From the human T2T-CHM13v2.0 reference genome, Homo sapiens, in assembly GCF_009914755.1 (NCBI RefSeq), contig NC_060931.1: DNA of 64,000 bases; one strand, 5' to 3'. The notes beneath the pieces were generated by a model that saw only the letters and a list, made by a program, of their open reading frames with translations, searched no databases and was not told the DNA's origin. A program made the position numbers and the translations under genes. Within the stretch, counting starts at the first letter, position 1, and every line of letters starts with the position of its first letter. Shown here one piece after another: positions 24,850-40,356 of the stretch.

Positions 24850-25270
24850 TACTACAGGTTGGATCTTTGTCCCTTCCAAACCTCATGTTGAAATTTGGTC
24901 CCCAATATTAGAGATGAGCCTAATGGGAGGTGCTCGCATTATGGGCTGGATTGCTCATGAATAGACTAATGCCCTTCCTTGGGGGTAAGTGAGTTCTCAC
25001 TCTATTAGTTCCCTCTAGAGCTGGTTGGTAAAAAAAAAAGCCTGATACCTCCCCACCTCTCTTTCTTCCTCTTTTGTCAAATGATCTGCACACCCTGGCT
25101 TCCCTTCACCTTCTGCCATAGTGGAAGCAGCCTGAGGCCCTCACCTGACGCAGACACCAGTGCCGTGCTTCTTATACAACCTGCAGAACCAGAAGCCAAA
25201 CAAACCTCTTTTCTTAAAAAATTACCTGCCTCAAGTATTCTCTTGTAGCAACACAAAACAGACTAAGACA
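24850..25270 (+). mobile_element. MSTB/MSTB1-type MaLR solo LTR
   Basis: TTTGTCCCTTCCAAACCTCATGTTGAAATTTG...AGCAACACAAAACAGACTAAGACA; TSD CTGTG/CTGTA. Confidence 0.88.
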
Positions 25271-25519
25271 CTGTAGATACGGAATAAGTGGGGCTAGAAG
25301 GAAGAAGGAAAAGGGATTTAATGGCACTAGGCTGAAACAAACTAGATATGTTGATCTCTCAGCTACCTCTTATCTCTTCTGTGAGAACAGAATGCATGAC
25401 ACCAGAACACTAAAGGTCTGAAGGCTGTGACCCCCAGCATACCTCTCTGCATTAGAGGTAGACTTACCACTAGGGCCAGGATACCAAGTGGCCACTGGCT
25501 AAGGCCACTCAGCCCATCT

Positions 25520-26230
25520 GTCCACCTACACAACCTCTCCTCCCCTTCTCCTCCCTGCTAAAGCCAGTCCCTCTGCTCCTAGCTAGATCCCATCTCTTCT
25601 TAACTACTAAAGACATTGCTCTACCAGTGCTCCACTTCTCATCTTCTTTATTTCCTTTTCTCCATTGGGTCAATCTCAGAAGTGTACAATTATCTGTTAT
25701 TTTTCACTTCTTAAATAACAGTCTTCACTTGGACCCATGTTTCCTGCCAGCTAATCCCCCACATCCTTTCTCCTTTTTTCAGCAAAGCTTTACAGAGAGT
25801 TGCCTTCTCCTCACTGGTACCAGTTGCTCTACTTCGTTTCCCTCTTAAAGTCACTCTAGTCTGACTCTCACCACTCCCTCACAAAATCTACCCTTGGCCA
25901 AGTCACCAATGACTTCCACATTGCTAATCCAGCAGCCAGTCCTCAGTCCTCCCCTCACTTGACCTATTAGCATCATTGGACAGAATGGATCATTCCCTTC
26001 TCTTGGTGACCTACAGCTGCATCTCATTATCCACCATCCTCTCCTCGCTGTCTCTGCTCGGGACACACAGATCTCCAGGCTGTTCATCATGCAGGCCAGG
26101 TGCGCTCTTGCTCAGGACCTTGGCATAGGCAGTTCCCTCCCTGCAGATTACCCTGTGAGTCACCCTTCACCTCCTTCAGGTCTTTACTCAAATGTTACCT
26201 TCTCAGTGGGACTGCCTTCCATGCAGCAGT
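25520..26230 (+). mobile_element. L2 LINE fragment
   Basis: CAAGTCACCAATGACTTCCACATTGCTAATCCA...CTTCAGGTCTTTACTCAAATGTTACCTTCTCAGTG. Confidence 0.75.
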
Positions 26231-26692
26231 TACATTATAAAATGCATATATCTGCTTACATTCTAGGTTCCCAAAGCCCATTGCCTCTCTGATCAGAGTC
26301 CATTTCTTCTGCAACCCCAGGGGACAATCACATAGAACCTCCCTCCTCATCTATATGGGTTTTATAAGGGACACAAGAGAAGTTGCTGGAAGTGTCTATG
26401 TTCCCATATAGAATGTCAGTTTAATTATTTTAAAATTATGAGCAAAACCTCAGAGAACTGCTTTGAAAATGCAGAGAACTGCTTTGAAAACTATGTGTAG
26501 TTCTGAGGATGTCTTCCGTAAATATAAGAACTTGGTGATTAGAGTTACTATTAGAGCCAGACTTGGAACCCAAATGATTAGATGACTTCCACACATCTGA
26601 GCCGTCCAGGCTTGTGAGAAGACTGGAGGCAGCGGTGATGAGGAATGGGGTGGGGTGATGAAAACTAAAAGGGATGGAAAAAAGGAGAGGGA

Positions 26693-26895
26693 AATGGCTT
26701 AGTGATTAAGAGTATTGGTTTTAGTGTCAAGACAGCCTGGAGTCCACCGCTGGCTCAGACACTTAGTAGCTGTGTGACTTTGGGCAAATTATTTAATCTC
26801 TCTGAACCTTGGTCACTTTATATAAAAATAGAGTTAATTGGGCCTTCCCCTCAGGACTTCAATGATGAAATGAGATCTTGCATATGAAATACCTC
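26693..26895 (+). mobile_element. MIR SINE
   Basis: AGTGATTAAGAG...TAGCTGTGTGACTTTGGGCAAATTATTTAATCTCTCTGAACCT. Confidence 0.8.
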
Positions 26896-27124
26896 TTGCA
26901 GTTCACAGCATATTGGAAGTGCTCTGGAAACAGGAACTCTGGTATTCTTGTTGCTGTGGTGCAAGCTCTGAGAATAGGCAGAGGCCAGAGCAAATGGTGA
27001 GAGAAAGGTTACAGATGAGATGAAGTCTATGAGATGTGATCCTCGGACCCAAATAAACAACAACAACAGCAAACAACAACAACAACAAATCCTGAGGACC
27101 AGTATGGAGCCACAGTTGGAAGTG

Positions 27125-27544
27125 TACTTGCAGAAGGTTGGGTTTCCCTGGGAAATACACTACGAGACTGAGATTTGAATGCAGGGGGCTTCTCAGGGGA
27201 TGCTCTTGGGAACGATGCCTGGAAGGAGTGAAGGAAGCAGGACTGCTCAGAGTGGGAGGGTGAACTACCATGCAGTTGCAGCCAAGGCCTTTGCCAACTT
27301 ATGAGGTGCTCTAGAGCTTGGGTGGCCTTCTAAGAAGTCCCAGTTGAGACAAGGGGATCAGGCCTAATACGGCCACCCTCCACCCCCCCAACACACATTG
27401 GGCAGGCTGCTCCCGGGGAAGGGGCATTCCCTTGGGTGAGGCAGCCTCCACTGAGCCTACAGCAGCCAACATTGCCCATAGCTGGGTGAGGGAGGGCTTG
27501 GTTCTGAAGGGTGAGCTGGGCAGCACACCACAGTATTCACTACA
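27125..27544 (-). mobile_element. LTR16-like ERVL LTR
   Basis: GGTTGGGTTTCCCTGGGAA...GAAGGAAGCAGGACTG...CTTGGGTGAGGCAGC...GCACACCACAGTATTCACTACA. Confidence 0.65.
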
Positions 27545-29984
27545 GGCTGGTCCAGAGGCAGGGAATTGAAAATATTTAAACCTCTGCTCAGGAGTCAAAA
27601 TGTGAACCTAAATTTTGTGAAAGAGGACTCACAACTATGCCCCCAAATTCCTCACATGGGCAAACATTTAGTTAGGCATGAAATCCAACTCTGGGGGATG
27701 GACTTTAACAGACAAGGAAATGGCCATGATTTTCAATAGGCCCTCCCCTCCTTCCATTTATTCCTTAAAGAGTGGCTATGAAGAGAAAGCTTAGATCCAC
27801 CCTGTAGCTGATGACATGGGAAGCCCTGAGCTGGGTCACCAAGGTAAGCGTGTTTCTGATGTGAAGTCCGGGACTGTAAACGCCCAGGAGCAGCTCCTTC
27901 TTCATAGCCTTGTGGTACTGAGGTGGGGCTTCATACAAGCTTCTTGATTTGAAATCAGCATTTAAACGGGATTCCACCAGCAGGTGTGTCTGTGGCTCTA
28001 ATGGGAGAGACTGTGACATCTCTTAGATGATTTCCTGGTGCTCCATAGTGCCAGATGCCCTATTTGGCTAACCACTCTTTAAAACAATACTTATTTAGGC
28101 ACACACACATGCACACACACACACACAGATACGCAGCATAGACAACACTCACACTCTTGTGCATACAACCTTCTCCCACCTCTTCTTCATTGTGTGCATT
28201 GGAGTGGAGAGAAGCATACACAGGTGGGTGAGAACAAGTGATTGTTCAGGGGAGAGAGCTGGCCTAGAGGTAGACTTGGAGTGAGAATGAGCCCAGTAGC
28301 ACAGCTTAAAAACCCCACGCGCATACAGCGTCAGAGTCTCTTCCATCTGCGAAACCGCCTCTTCCCGAGTGCTCTCGCACATGCCACCCCATGTGACAAT
28401 TACTTAAGCATTCATGGGACTTCCTTTCTCAAACCTGCAACTTGTCACTTGATTTTACTCCGGTGTTTACTTTTGTAGGCAATTTTCTCTGTGCGACTAT
28501 AGATTCATCTTTGGTATTTGAACTAAATTTGTGAAAATTTAATCTGATAGATGAGATCATTACTGGAGACCTTGCCTTCCTAAGACTCCATGTGTGCCAA
28601 AGGTAATGAAGCAGTATACCAACTGCATTTACAAAATCCCAGGGCACACGACACCTTCTGCATCCTCTTCAGTATTCATTTTGTAGTTGTCTTAAGATAT
28701 ATGTCCCCATGTCCCATGGCTGGGATTTGAGAGTTTGTCTTCCTGTTTCTATGCTGTTTCTTGTTCGTAATTTAATGTATCCTTGGATACTGACAGATAC
28801 TTTCCCTTCAAGATTTTGCAGATTTGAAGAACAGTTCATCCTCTCACTTGATTTACCGGATGATGGTCATGACCATTTGCTTTCATTTGCTCCTTTAAAA
28901 CACTTAAATGTTGTTCCATCTTTCTGTGATTTTAATAATTAGGAGTAAATTATGCCTATGATTATATAAACTTGATGGACTCTGACACAATGGAAAGGTT
29001 TCAGTGTGGTCCATGTTTGAAACTGCTTGCAGCCTGAAGATACTGTCCCCATCATTTCAGGGTCATTGTGATATGCCATGTGAATTGCAAAAAGTGAGTC
29101 CTTCCATTGCATCCATCTTGACTGCACCTGCGTAGAGATTGTCAAAGTCAGACCCTTATTTTTAAATGAAAAAGACAGAGAGTTACAAATATAGTAGAAA
29201 CCTTTTATGATGCTGATTTTAGCAGACAGGACTAACATCTGTGTTAGAAGCAAACTGCATTACATCCTGTTTCTTATTATAGTAGTAGGTAATCGTTGTG
29301 TTCCAGGGGAAAGTATTTGACTCCAGGGGTTCTTCCACCATTTTCTGTTAAGGAAGCCATGAAGAAATGAGCCCCCTGTTACTCTGTATAATTCTGGGTT
29401 ATTGGAGGCTACGGTTATTAAATTATATTTAGGAAGCCATGGTTATTGTGGTGTATTTAGAATTGGTCATGTTGTGGGTCTGTAAGAATTTAATACACTG
29501 CTGTATTAATTAGGAGGTAGGGAGGCTCACTTACAAGGGGAGATCATTTTTGGGGAAAAGGCCAGCCTCTTAGACATAAAATAGAAACAGAGAGGGCAAG
29601 CCTTGGGTGAACAACAGAAGGAGACAGGCCTCTTGGCCATCGGCCTGCAGGAGTTCATATGGGACCAACGGGGAAGTAGCCCCAGAGCTGGCAACCTGGG
29701 GACTAAGGCAAGATGACCCTAAGTTGTGCCAGTCCTTTGGGGACCTATCTTAATCTTTGTAAGCCGAAGCAAGTTTCTATTTTATATTTGTAATGCCTTC
29801 AGCATTTGTCTCCCTTTTGATCTTCCTTAATGCTTAGCAAGTCTTTTAAATGCTTCAGCCAGACTTCCTGTCCTTTCTGTAAGGAACTATATTTAAGGGT
29901 AACCAAATAGTCCCTGTTGATGAGGGAATGTTCTACTTTACAGAAGAAAGCCAGCTAATAATAAGAAGAAGAATTTAAAAAATA

Positions 29985-30885
29985 GTTTTGCCAATCTCAA
30001 CGGAATTATTGGTTTAGGCAAGTATTATTAACTGGCAGGAAAATCACTGGGTATGTACCTACTTGGGAAATAAACATTTGTTATATTACCAAAAATTATA
30101 CCAACTACACAGGTTACTTTCTGGTCTAAAGAGGAAAACATAACTCTAATATAGGAAAGAGACTGATATCACTGTAATCCAGTAACCATAACATCGCTAA
30201 TGATGTAACAGCCTGATGTTATATGTCTTTGATCTAATTAAATACAACTGCAGAACACCATCGATGTCTTCTTGACAAACATGTTTAACATTAATCCATC
30301 AAAATTTTAGATAGATATTTCAGTGTCAGGGAATACAGGGGATAGAGAAACAAGCTCAGCATCACCACGAAGAAGCAATCACACAAATCCAATAGGTTGG
30401 AGCAAAAGTAATGGCGTTCTTGATATTTTAATGGCACAAACCACCATTACTTTTGCACCAACCTGCTAGAAGCTGAGACATTCTGCAGGACTACTGGCTT
30501 GGTGTTTTCACAAATCAGGGTCAATGGGGAGGACTTGCTAGATTTGAAAATATTTTAAAGGACATGACAATCAAATAAAATCATCCTTGATTAGATTAAA
30601 TTGGAGAGAAATTTGAATATGATAAAAGTATTAGATGATGTGAAAATGTACTAAAATGGAAAAGAAGAAATCATTGACTGGAAAAAATTGCTGTAGGATA
30701 GTGTGCAACCTAAGGTCTCATATTGACAAATATATATGTACACATATATTAGGAAAAGAGCCAAAAAGAAAATATGCCCTAAGATTGTAACAGCTGATTT
30801 CCAGGTAGTAGAAATGTGATAGTTTGCTTTGATTTTTAATTTTTACTTGTCTATATTTTGTAATTTTCTGTAATCCATGGGGGCT
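29985..30885 (+). mobile_element. Ancient L1M (L1ME-like) 3' fragments
   Basis: AT-rich; GACATTCTGCAGGACTACTGGC, GACATGACAATCAAAT, AATTTGAATATG motifs. Confidence 0.5.
30393..30464. mobile_element. MADE1 mariner MITE
   Basis: TAGGTTGGAGCAAAAGTAATGGCG...CCACCATTACTTTTGCACCAACCT, palindromic terminal inverted repeats matching the MADE1 consensus. Confidence 0.9.
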
Positions 30886-30892
30886 ACTTCTG

Positions 30893-31175
<283 letters not shown>

Positions 31176-31198
31176 TGCTTCTATTTTAAGAAATCACT

Positions 31199-31431
31199 TC
31201 GTGACCAGCCTGGCCAACATGGTGAAACCCTGTTTCTACTAAAAATACAAAAAATTAGCTAGGCGTGGCAGTGGACACCTGTAATCACGGCTACTCAAGA
31301 GGCTAAGACAGGAGAATCACTGGAACCCAGGAGGTGGAAGTTGCAGTGAGCCAAGATTGCATCACTGCATTCCAGCCTGGGCAACAAAGAGTGAAACTCC
31401 ATCTTAAAAAAAGAAAAAAGGGAAAAAAAGA
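31199..31431 (+). mobile_element. AluS, 5'-truncated
   Basis: Starts at GACCAGCCTGGCCAACATGG; TSD AAGAAATCACT (31188-31198 / 31432-31442). Confidence 0.93.
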
Positions 31432-31519
31432 AAGAAATCACTATAAATAAAACATATCAAAAATAAATTAAGATTTCATTTTATATGATGATCTACTGGT
31501 TCTTTTGGAAGTTGAGTAC

Positions 31520-32125
31520 TTTTTAAATAAATTTTTATTTGGGAGTTATTTTAGATTTACAGAAAAGTTGCAAAGAAAGTACAGAGAGTTCCTGTGTATC
31601 TTTCACTCCATTTCCCTTACTGTTAACATATTATATAACTACAATACATTTGTCAAACTAAGAAATTACCATTGGTACATTATTATTAATTGAACTCTCA
31701 ACTTTATTCAGATTTCATCCCTTTTCCCACTAATGTCCCTTTTCTGTTCCACAAAGCCACACTGCATTTAGTCATCGTGTCTCCTTTGTCTCCTCTGGTT
31801 GGTGCCAGTTTTTCAGCCTTTCCTTATTTTTCATGACCTTGACAGTTTTGAAGAATACTGCTCTGGTATGTTGTAGAACGTCCCTCATTTTAAATTTGTC
31901 TGATGTTTTTCTCATAGTTAGACCGGGGTTACAGGCTTTGTGAGTCATACCATGGAGGTCAAGTGCTCTTCTTGCATTATATGATATCGACATGACTTAT
32001 TGCTGGTGAAGTTAGCCTTGATCACCTGGTTAAGGTAGTGTCTTCCAGACCCCTCCACTACTTTTCTAGTGACTATTTTTTGAAGTTACTATTTTTCCCT
32101 TTCCATACTTTATTCTCTGGAAATG
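31520..32125 (-). mobile_element. L1MC-type 3' end
   Basis: TTTTAGATTTACAGAAAAGTTGCAAAGA...AACTAAGAAATTACCATTGGTACA...CTTGATCACCTGGTTAAGGTAGTGTCT. Confidence 0.8.
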
Positions 32126-32917
32126 AGTCACTGAGTTCAGCCCATATGGTTTTTTTCTGAACCCTCCCCCACTGCCCCCACCCAAAACCAGAGCACTCAT
32201 TAATTTTAGCTGAGCTAAGAGGAGTTAATTTTTGGCTACTTTTGAAAGAGGCATTGCCTGGTTAACAGCACACACTAGGGTGGTGGCATTGCCGGAGATG
32301 GTACTGAGGGAGAGGCTCCTAAGCGAAGGTGGTACCTGGGGCATAAAGCCCAGAGTCCTTGTTTAGCCTCTACAGCTACATACTGACCTTTGCCAACCTG
32401 CAGATCTGTTCCAGGCTAAATTAGAAAAGCATGCATTTCACTTTATTCAAGAGGTAGTCCTCCCTTAGAGGGGCTATTTTTTATTTCCACAGAGCTTTCA
32501 TTGCTACTGAAGAAGAAACTGCAAGAAAAAGGAAAGGATGGTAGCGAGAGTGAAAGAAAACTGCCAGCCAACTTCTCTTCCCTGTTGGACATCCCTTCCC
32601 ACTCTGGGAAATGGGATATGCTGCCACTAGCCACGAAACATTTCAGAATTGCCCTTGGGGGCACCCTAGATGTGCAAGTTATGTGACATAACAGCAGTCT
32701 GTTTCACGGTGCACAACAGGGGCACCAAGGGGCCTCAGAAACATCCTCTGCTTGGGGGAAGCACAGAGCAAAAGGAGCCACTCCGGATTTGGAGAGCCAT
32801 GCAGGGGCATCCTAGTCTCTCTCCAGTCTCTGCTCAGACAGGCCATATAGTCCATAAGCTCTGTTGGACTGCCAGTTAACAGAGTGTTCTGGAGCCTTCT
32901 AAAATGGCCAGACTGTA

Positions 32918-33233
32918 GGCTGGGCACAATGGCTCATGCCTGTAATCCTAGCACTTTGGGAGATCAAGGTGGGAGAATCACTTAACCCCAGGAGTTCAAG
33001 ACCAGCCTGGTCATCATAGTGAGACCCCTGTTTTTCTAAAAAAAAAAAAAAAATTAAAATGTAAAAAGTTGGCTGGGCATGGCAGCATGCACCTGTAGTC
33101 TCAGCTACTCGGAAGGCTGAGTCAGGAGGATTGCTGGAGCTCAGGAGGCCGAAGCCGCAGTGAGCCATGATCATGCCATTACATTCCATCCTGGGTGACA
33201 GAGTAAATCCCTGTCTAAAATAATAAAATAAAA
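32918..33233 (+). mobile_element. AluJ
   Basis: GAATCACTTAACCCCAGGAGTTCAAGACCAGCCTGG...GGAGGATTGCT; degenerate TSD AAAATG(G/T)C(C/T)AGA(C/G)TG. Confidence 0.92.
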
Positions 33234-36200
33234 TGTCTAGAGTGCCCCTCAGCAGGTTCATGAGAAGCAAAACCAAAGCAGTCACATTATCTTCAAAACA
33301 ACTTGGTTTGTTATTATTTTTAATCCTAGGCCTTGCTGGTTTCCCGCAACTTTGCCCAATAGAGGGCTGTGTGCTGTGCCATTCAGTTTTCTGTGGCATG
33401 AGAATCCTTTCATGATATTTAGATGGGGTCTTCTCCATGGACACAGAGCTTCATAGATTCATATGGTACCTTATATCCGTTTTCCTTCCATCTCTCTCAT
33501 CCACCTTCCTTCTCTCTCTTTCTCCCTTTCTTCCTTTCTTCATTATGAGTATTATAATGTGAGAAGTGAAGGCTTCTGGTTCAGGCTAACACTAAACAGT
33601 TCTTAGGAGATTTTCCTCAAATTGGGGGATGTCTCAAGTATATTACAATTCTACCAGAAAATCCTTTTACCTTTAGAGGCTTTGGAAATGAATGTAAATT
33701 TACAGAATTTTACATTGAATGGCTTTTTCTGTCCATCTTTTCTTACTACTCTAGATGTAGACTAAGAAGTTGCTTAGCTCACCACCCTCTACCCATAAAT
33801 ATAAATCTAAAAACAAATTTAGTCGAATTTTAAAAATGCATATTTCAGCGACAAAATGTTGAGGTCTAGATGTGTATTTTGGGGAATACTTGATTAAAGT
33901 CCCCACACATTGGTGCTGACTACTTCACTAGCCTAGAACTGATTGTAGTTCTATAGCTCTTAGTGAGGGACAGCAAGAAAGTCAGTTATGTCAGCATTTG
34001 TTCACTGTGCACAAAATCTAATCTTTAAGTCATATTCTGTTATTTTTGTGAAGACCTTCCTAATTGAATAGGAGACTCTATGTTTCTTATATTCAATTGT
34101 AAAAAACTTTCTGCAGCTTTAGAAAATGATATCCCATACCCCTTCTTTGCAATATCTAAACTTGATGACTTTCATTCCAAAAGTTTTTAGGTTTTTAGTG
34201 TTTTTGCCTTCCTAACTGGAATATACATTTTCCTAAGTGTCTTGCTCAAGTAGAATATGTTGTTTACTACCAGGATTATTTTGTGCTATGTATAGGTCCA
34301 GTAGTTTGATTAAACTTGGGGAAAAAAGAATTCTATGTCCTTTTTAATAGTGGAAATCCAACTGCTTATTGTTGTTGTTATTTATATGTGTGTATGTGTT
34401 TGTTTTGGGGAGTATTCTGTGCCTTCCTATAAGCAAATATTGATTGAATGCATTTATCATTCTGATCCTTGAGATAATTATTCATATAGGTTACAGTCAT
34501 TCTCAGCTATAGTAGTAGATCTTTTCAGCTGATCATGGCATGGATGTGAAGTAGTCTCAGCATGCTAATCTCTGCATTTTAGAGGCAGGGAAAGAAGGCT
34601 ATACCTCTCAGTCTGTTAGGAAATTTCAGATTCAAATATACATCTAGAAGAAAGCAGACCTAACTGGGGATTACAGAGGCTAACATGGTGGCTGCTGAGT
34701 ACCTGATAACAGATCCATCACTGTCTCCCCGTACCCACCCCATAACCACAACACAATTCACATCTTACCTGCCTACACAGCATATTTTGTATGCACACTT
34801 CACTGTCTCATAATACTGCAGAGGAGTGAGGTGAGACAAATGGAAGAGTTCCCAGTCCTTGAAGTTGGGGCAAATGTAGCATCGATGTGACTGTAATCTT
34901 TACATGGAATTCAGTGATGTGAAACCCCCCACCTGTATCAAAGTCTTGTAGTTAATAAGCAATAGCTTCTTCCAATTCTCCTCTCATGGCCTTGCTCACA
35001 TCTCTTAAATTCTTGTAGATCCTTAAGCCAAGTAACAGATAATTCTAGTTTTTTATTCATAATAAAGATGTAGACTCTTTCCCTGTAGTAGTAGAAGAAG
35101 TAATTTCCATTTGATATTCCTGTGCCACACTTGGTTTGTCAGAGAACTAAGTGTTGTGTGAAATTTGTCCTTCCTTAGAAGAAGCAGTGTTTGTTTTTTA
35201 TATTTCTTCTTTTTCTTTCCTGAGCTCCAAATACTTCTGTCTAAATGTCATTATTTCAAAAGTCGAGTCCTATTTCTCTTAATTCTTTCCAGATATCCCA
35301 CCAACCTTATTTGATTAGGACATAAGGAGTCTCAAATATATTTAAGTGAATAAAAAAAATTGAGGGCCTTAGTAGCCAACATTGCCTATATTTTTAAAAA
35401 GCCCTAACTACTTCTCTGAGGTTTTGTGTAATTAGGGCTGGTTGGCAAGGATAGGAGCGACTTTTATGTCTTAGGACAATGACAGTTCAGATCCCCCCCT
35501 TTTGCCCACAAGGATGGTACATTTTCTATTTTATCTGAGGGGCACTGAATGTATTTACACTCATCTATTTTGTTTTGGCTAGAATGTTCCCCATTTTTAA
35601 TACAGAGAGTGGGCCTCAGAGATCCATTTGTTCATGCCAGATTTCAATCTCAACCCTACTCTCTGAGCTCCAGGATCAGATACCGTCTGCTATCTAGTTA
35701 ATGTCTAACTGAGATCTTCACAGAATGTCTAATATTTATCTCAAATGTAACTTGCCCCAACAGGGCTGGATTCTCCTCTCCCATTCAACGAAGTATGATC
35801 CCTCATTGGCCCATTATTCTCCATAGGGAGAACTGTTCTACCTCCTGCCAATGCTCCTCCTATCATCTGTTCTCCATATAGCAGCCAAGGTGGCCTTTTA
35901 AAACAGAAATCATGTGTCAGTCCCCTGTGTACAAAAGCCCAAAGATGTCCTATTACGCTTAGGTCAATATCCAGACTCCTCATTATGAATCATTAGGCAC
36001 TGTGTTTTTTGGCTGCTGGCTGTCTCTCCACCTCTTGTGTGCCAGGCATCACTGTAGGCACAGGAATCTGTGAAGTGCTAGACAAAGCCTGCCCTCTCCT
36101 AGAGCTGAGAGTCTGTGGGATTTTAAAGGATGGGTCCCAGGACCTTTGAGAATCCACCAATTTGTGAATATTGCTTGTTATTTTAAGATCCCTCATAAAT

Positions 36201-36881
36201 TACAGTTTCTGCACTGACTGAAACACTCATAAATTATGTTTTCTAATTTTCCTAGTCCATATAAGTGAACTTGTCATTTCATGTGTCTGATCTGCTGCCA
36301 AATTTAATATTCTACTTTTACTTTATTACAAAACTCCATTTTCTAAGACCTCTTCTCATCTATTACCAGCATTAACACTGCCTTTCTTTAGTGGACTGTA
36401 TTTCACAAGAAAGGCAATTTTAAAAAATAATCACTTTATGCATGTTAATATTAATATATATGTAATGACAAAGAGAAAACAACAGTAACACGTTGAGTTG
36501 GGTATGTCACTAGCTAAATGATTCAGTCCCACAAACAAACCTCACAATGCACACAACTCAAAGTAATGCCTTAGCAAAGGGGTGTTCCTTTATATCTCTG
36601 GAGTCTTTTAACAAATGTAGAAATCACAGCAACATTTACCAGTGTGAATCCACAGAAACTTCCTTGCCTTCCTTTCAGATATCTTTATCATCACTGCCCC
36701 ATTCTCCCACCCCAATCTCCTTGGAAATTTGGGAGCTTGAAAAGCAAACTCATTGCTATGCCCCAAGTTGTGGCAAAGCTTTGGGCCAGGGTAGGAGGCT
36801 GCAGCCCAACCTTTACTTCCTTGATAGTGCGTGAGTTCACACTGGCATTGAATTGCTGCTTTTAGCATTGCTTTTATTTTC

Positions 36882-36952
36882 TTTCTTTCTTTCTTTCTTT
36901 TTTTTTAAAGTCTAGCTTGTTTAATAAACAAGAAAACAGAGTAAGATAATTC
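36882..36952 (-). other. L1 3'-transduced sequence (~46 bp, 36907-36952) and its second poly(A)/(AAAG)n tail
   Basis: Lies between the L1 poly(A) and the TSD copy at 36870-36881; minus-strand ATTAAA 13 nt before the second A tract. Confidence 0.7.
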
Positions 36953-38503
<1,551 letters not shown>

Positions 38504-40196
38504 TTATTTTCAACATGTGGAGGAGACACTTTACTGGCAGAGTTACCCATCTTTCTATATTGTATTGAAATCTGTTCTCAGGGATTTGCTTTCTACAGAT
38601 CAAGTTCTAGAGATCTCACTGATCTAGTATTTTGATATTCTATATAGTGTGGAAATCCATAATGCATAATTGATCTACTCATCTTCTCTTATGGAGCGTG
38701 CTAGTACTCTTCTATTTCTATTTCCACATTTCTTTGTTCTTAGATAAACCAAACCATCTTTCTACATTTGTTATGTACCCCTGAATTCAAAATGAAACCC
38801 AAAACATTCTTCGCTCCAACTAACCATCAAAACTTAAATGTATGTGGCTTTTAGGTCACCCAATTTTTTTCTACTACAAAGAGAATCTTTTCCCACTTTT
38901 CGTATTTTTCCAGATAAATCTGATGACACTGTTCCTGATGTTTCATGGTCCTTAATTATGGCAGCTCTTCAGTAGCTGCAATGTGTCCATCTCTGAAATC
39001 AAACAGTATGTTGAAAGAATAACCGTTAACAGGGAACCAGTCCCCTTGGGCTGTGTATACATAATATGGCCCTGCCATAAGATGGTCTGCTCTAGGGGCA
39101 TTCTCACGGGTAGAATGTCTTTCTGTAAGCACGATGGGGATTCTCAGGGATAGTCCACACAACCCAGATATTTGGGCTTTTTAAATAAAAATGTACATTG
39201 AAAAATTCAGAAAACATTACATATAACTGTGAACTCTATTTATAAGTAATTCATACCTAGAGCAAATAGTGGGGAAAACTCCAGGCTCCAAACGCATATC
39301 ATTAATGCTCACCGAAATATTAGCAAACAGTGTTTCCCATCATCCTTTTTGTTAAGGAGTCAGCAACCTTTTTATCCAGTTCTACCTGTTTATCCTGCTT
39401 ATTCTCAGCCATGTTTCAAGACATAAATCCAACTTGCACCATTAGCACCTTTCCTGTTATTCCTGGACCACCTGTTGGTCTTATTATCCCTGGCCTAGGT
39501 GAGTCTAGGAACAGCTGTTACCAGTCCCTTGGGTCCACTTCTATTTCTGCAAGAAGAGCAATTCCCTGACAACACAGAAGATAACTTCTTCTCTCTACAC
39601 CACCCTAACTTTAAAAATGATTCCAGCTGCTAGTTTGGCCCCACCTGGGCCTGGTTGTGTTGCAGAGAGATTGGACTCTTCTTCTGGGGCTTCTTTCTGA
39701 ACTCATTAAATCACACAAAGGTGACAGATTTTCTGTGAAGCGCTGGACTTGCTACAATATTCCTCTACCTTTCAGCACTTCTCAGCATTCATTCATCAAC
39801 TCAAGAGGACCAGAAATCTTGGGCCTTATGAGCAGGTGGCCTCTAAAAAACAGAGATTTTGAGGGGCCAAAGGGGTTTGAAAGCTTTGCTCCCATCTTCT
39901 GGGCTCGGAGTTGTCATGGATTTAATTAGTCCTCCCTGTTTCCTCCTTCAGCTCCTTTCTCTCCTGGGTGATGACCCTTTGTAGTAGAATGCCTCCACTG
40001 GTGCCATTCTATACAAAGGGTTGTTTGGGGACCTTGCAGAAACTTCGGCAGTATTCCCTGGACTCTGAAATATGGGAGAAGTCAGAAGCATTAAAATCTG
40101 CTCTCAGGAACTTTGCTTTCCACTGAGTGAAATGAAGTGCTACTTTTGCTTTCTATGGAGCTGCCTATTACCTTACATGAAGGTCTTGTATTCTTG

Positions 40197-40356
40197 GTTT
40201 TTTGTTTGTTTTCTCTGGACACGCTGTGTAGTTACACATATTTATGGGGTACAATTTGATGTTTTGATACATACATGTTGTATAATGATCAAATCAAGAT
40301 ATTTAGTGTATCCATTACCTCAGGCATTTATTATTTCTTTGTGGTGAGAACATTCT
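40197..40356 (-). mobile_element. L1MA 3' end fragment
   Basis: CATATTTATGGGGTACAATTTGATGTTTTGATAC...ATGATCAAATCA...TTTCTTTGTGGTGAGAACATTC. Confidence 0.8.

Noticed and set aside
29260-29870. Possible ancient LTR
   Set aside because: LTR-like in composition but I cannot assign a family or termini
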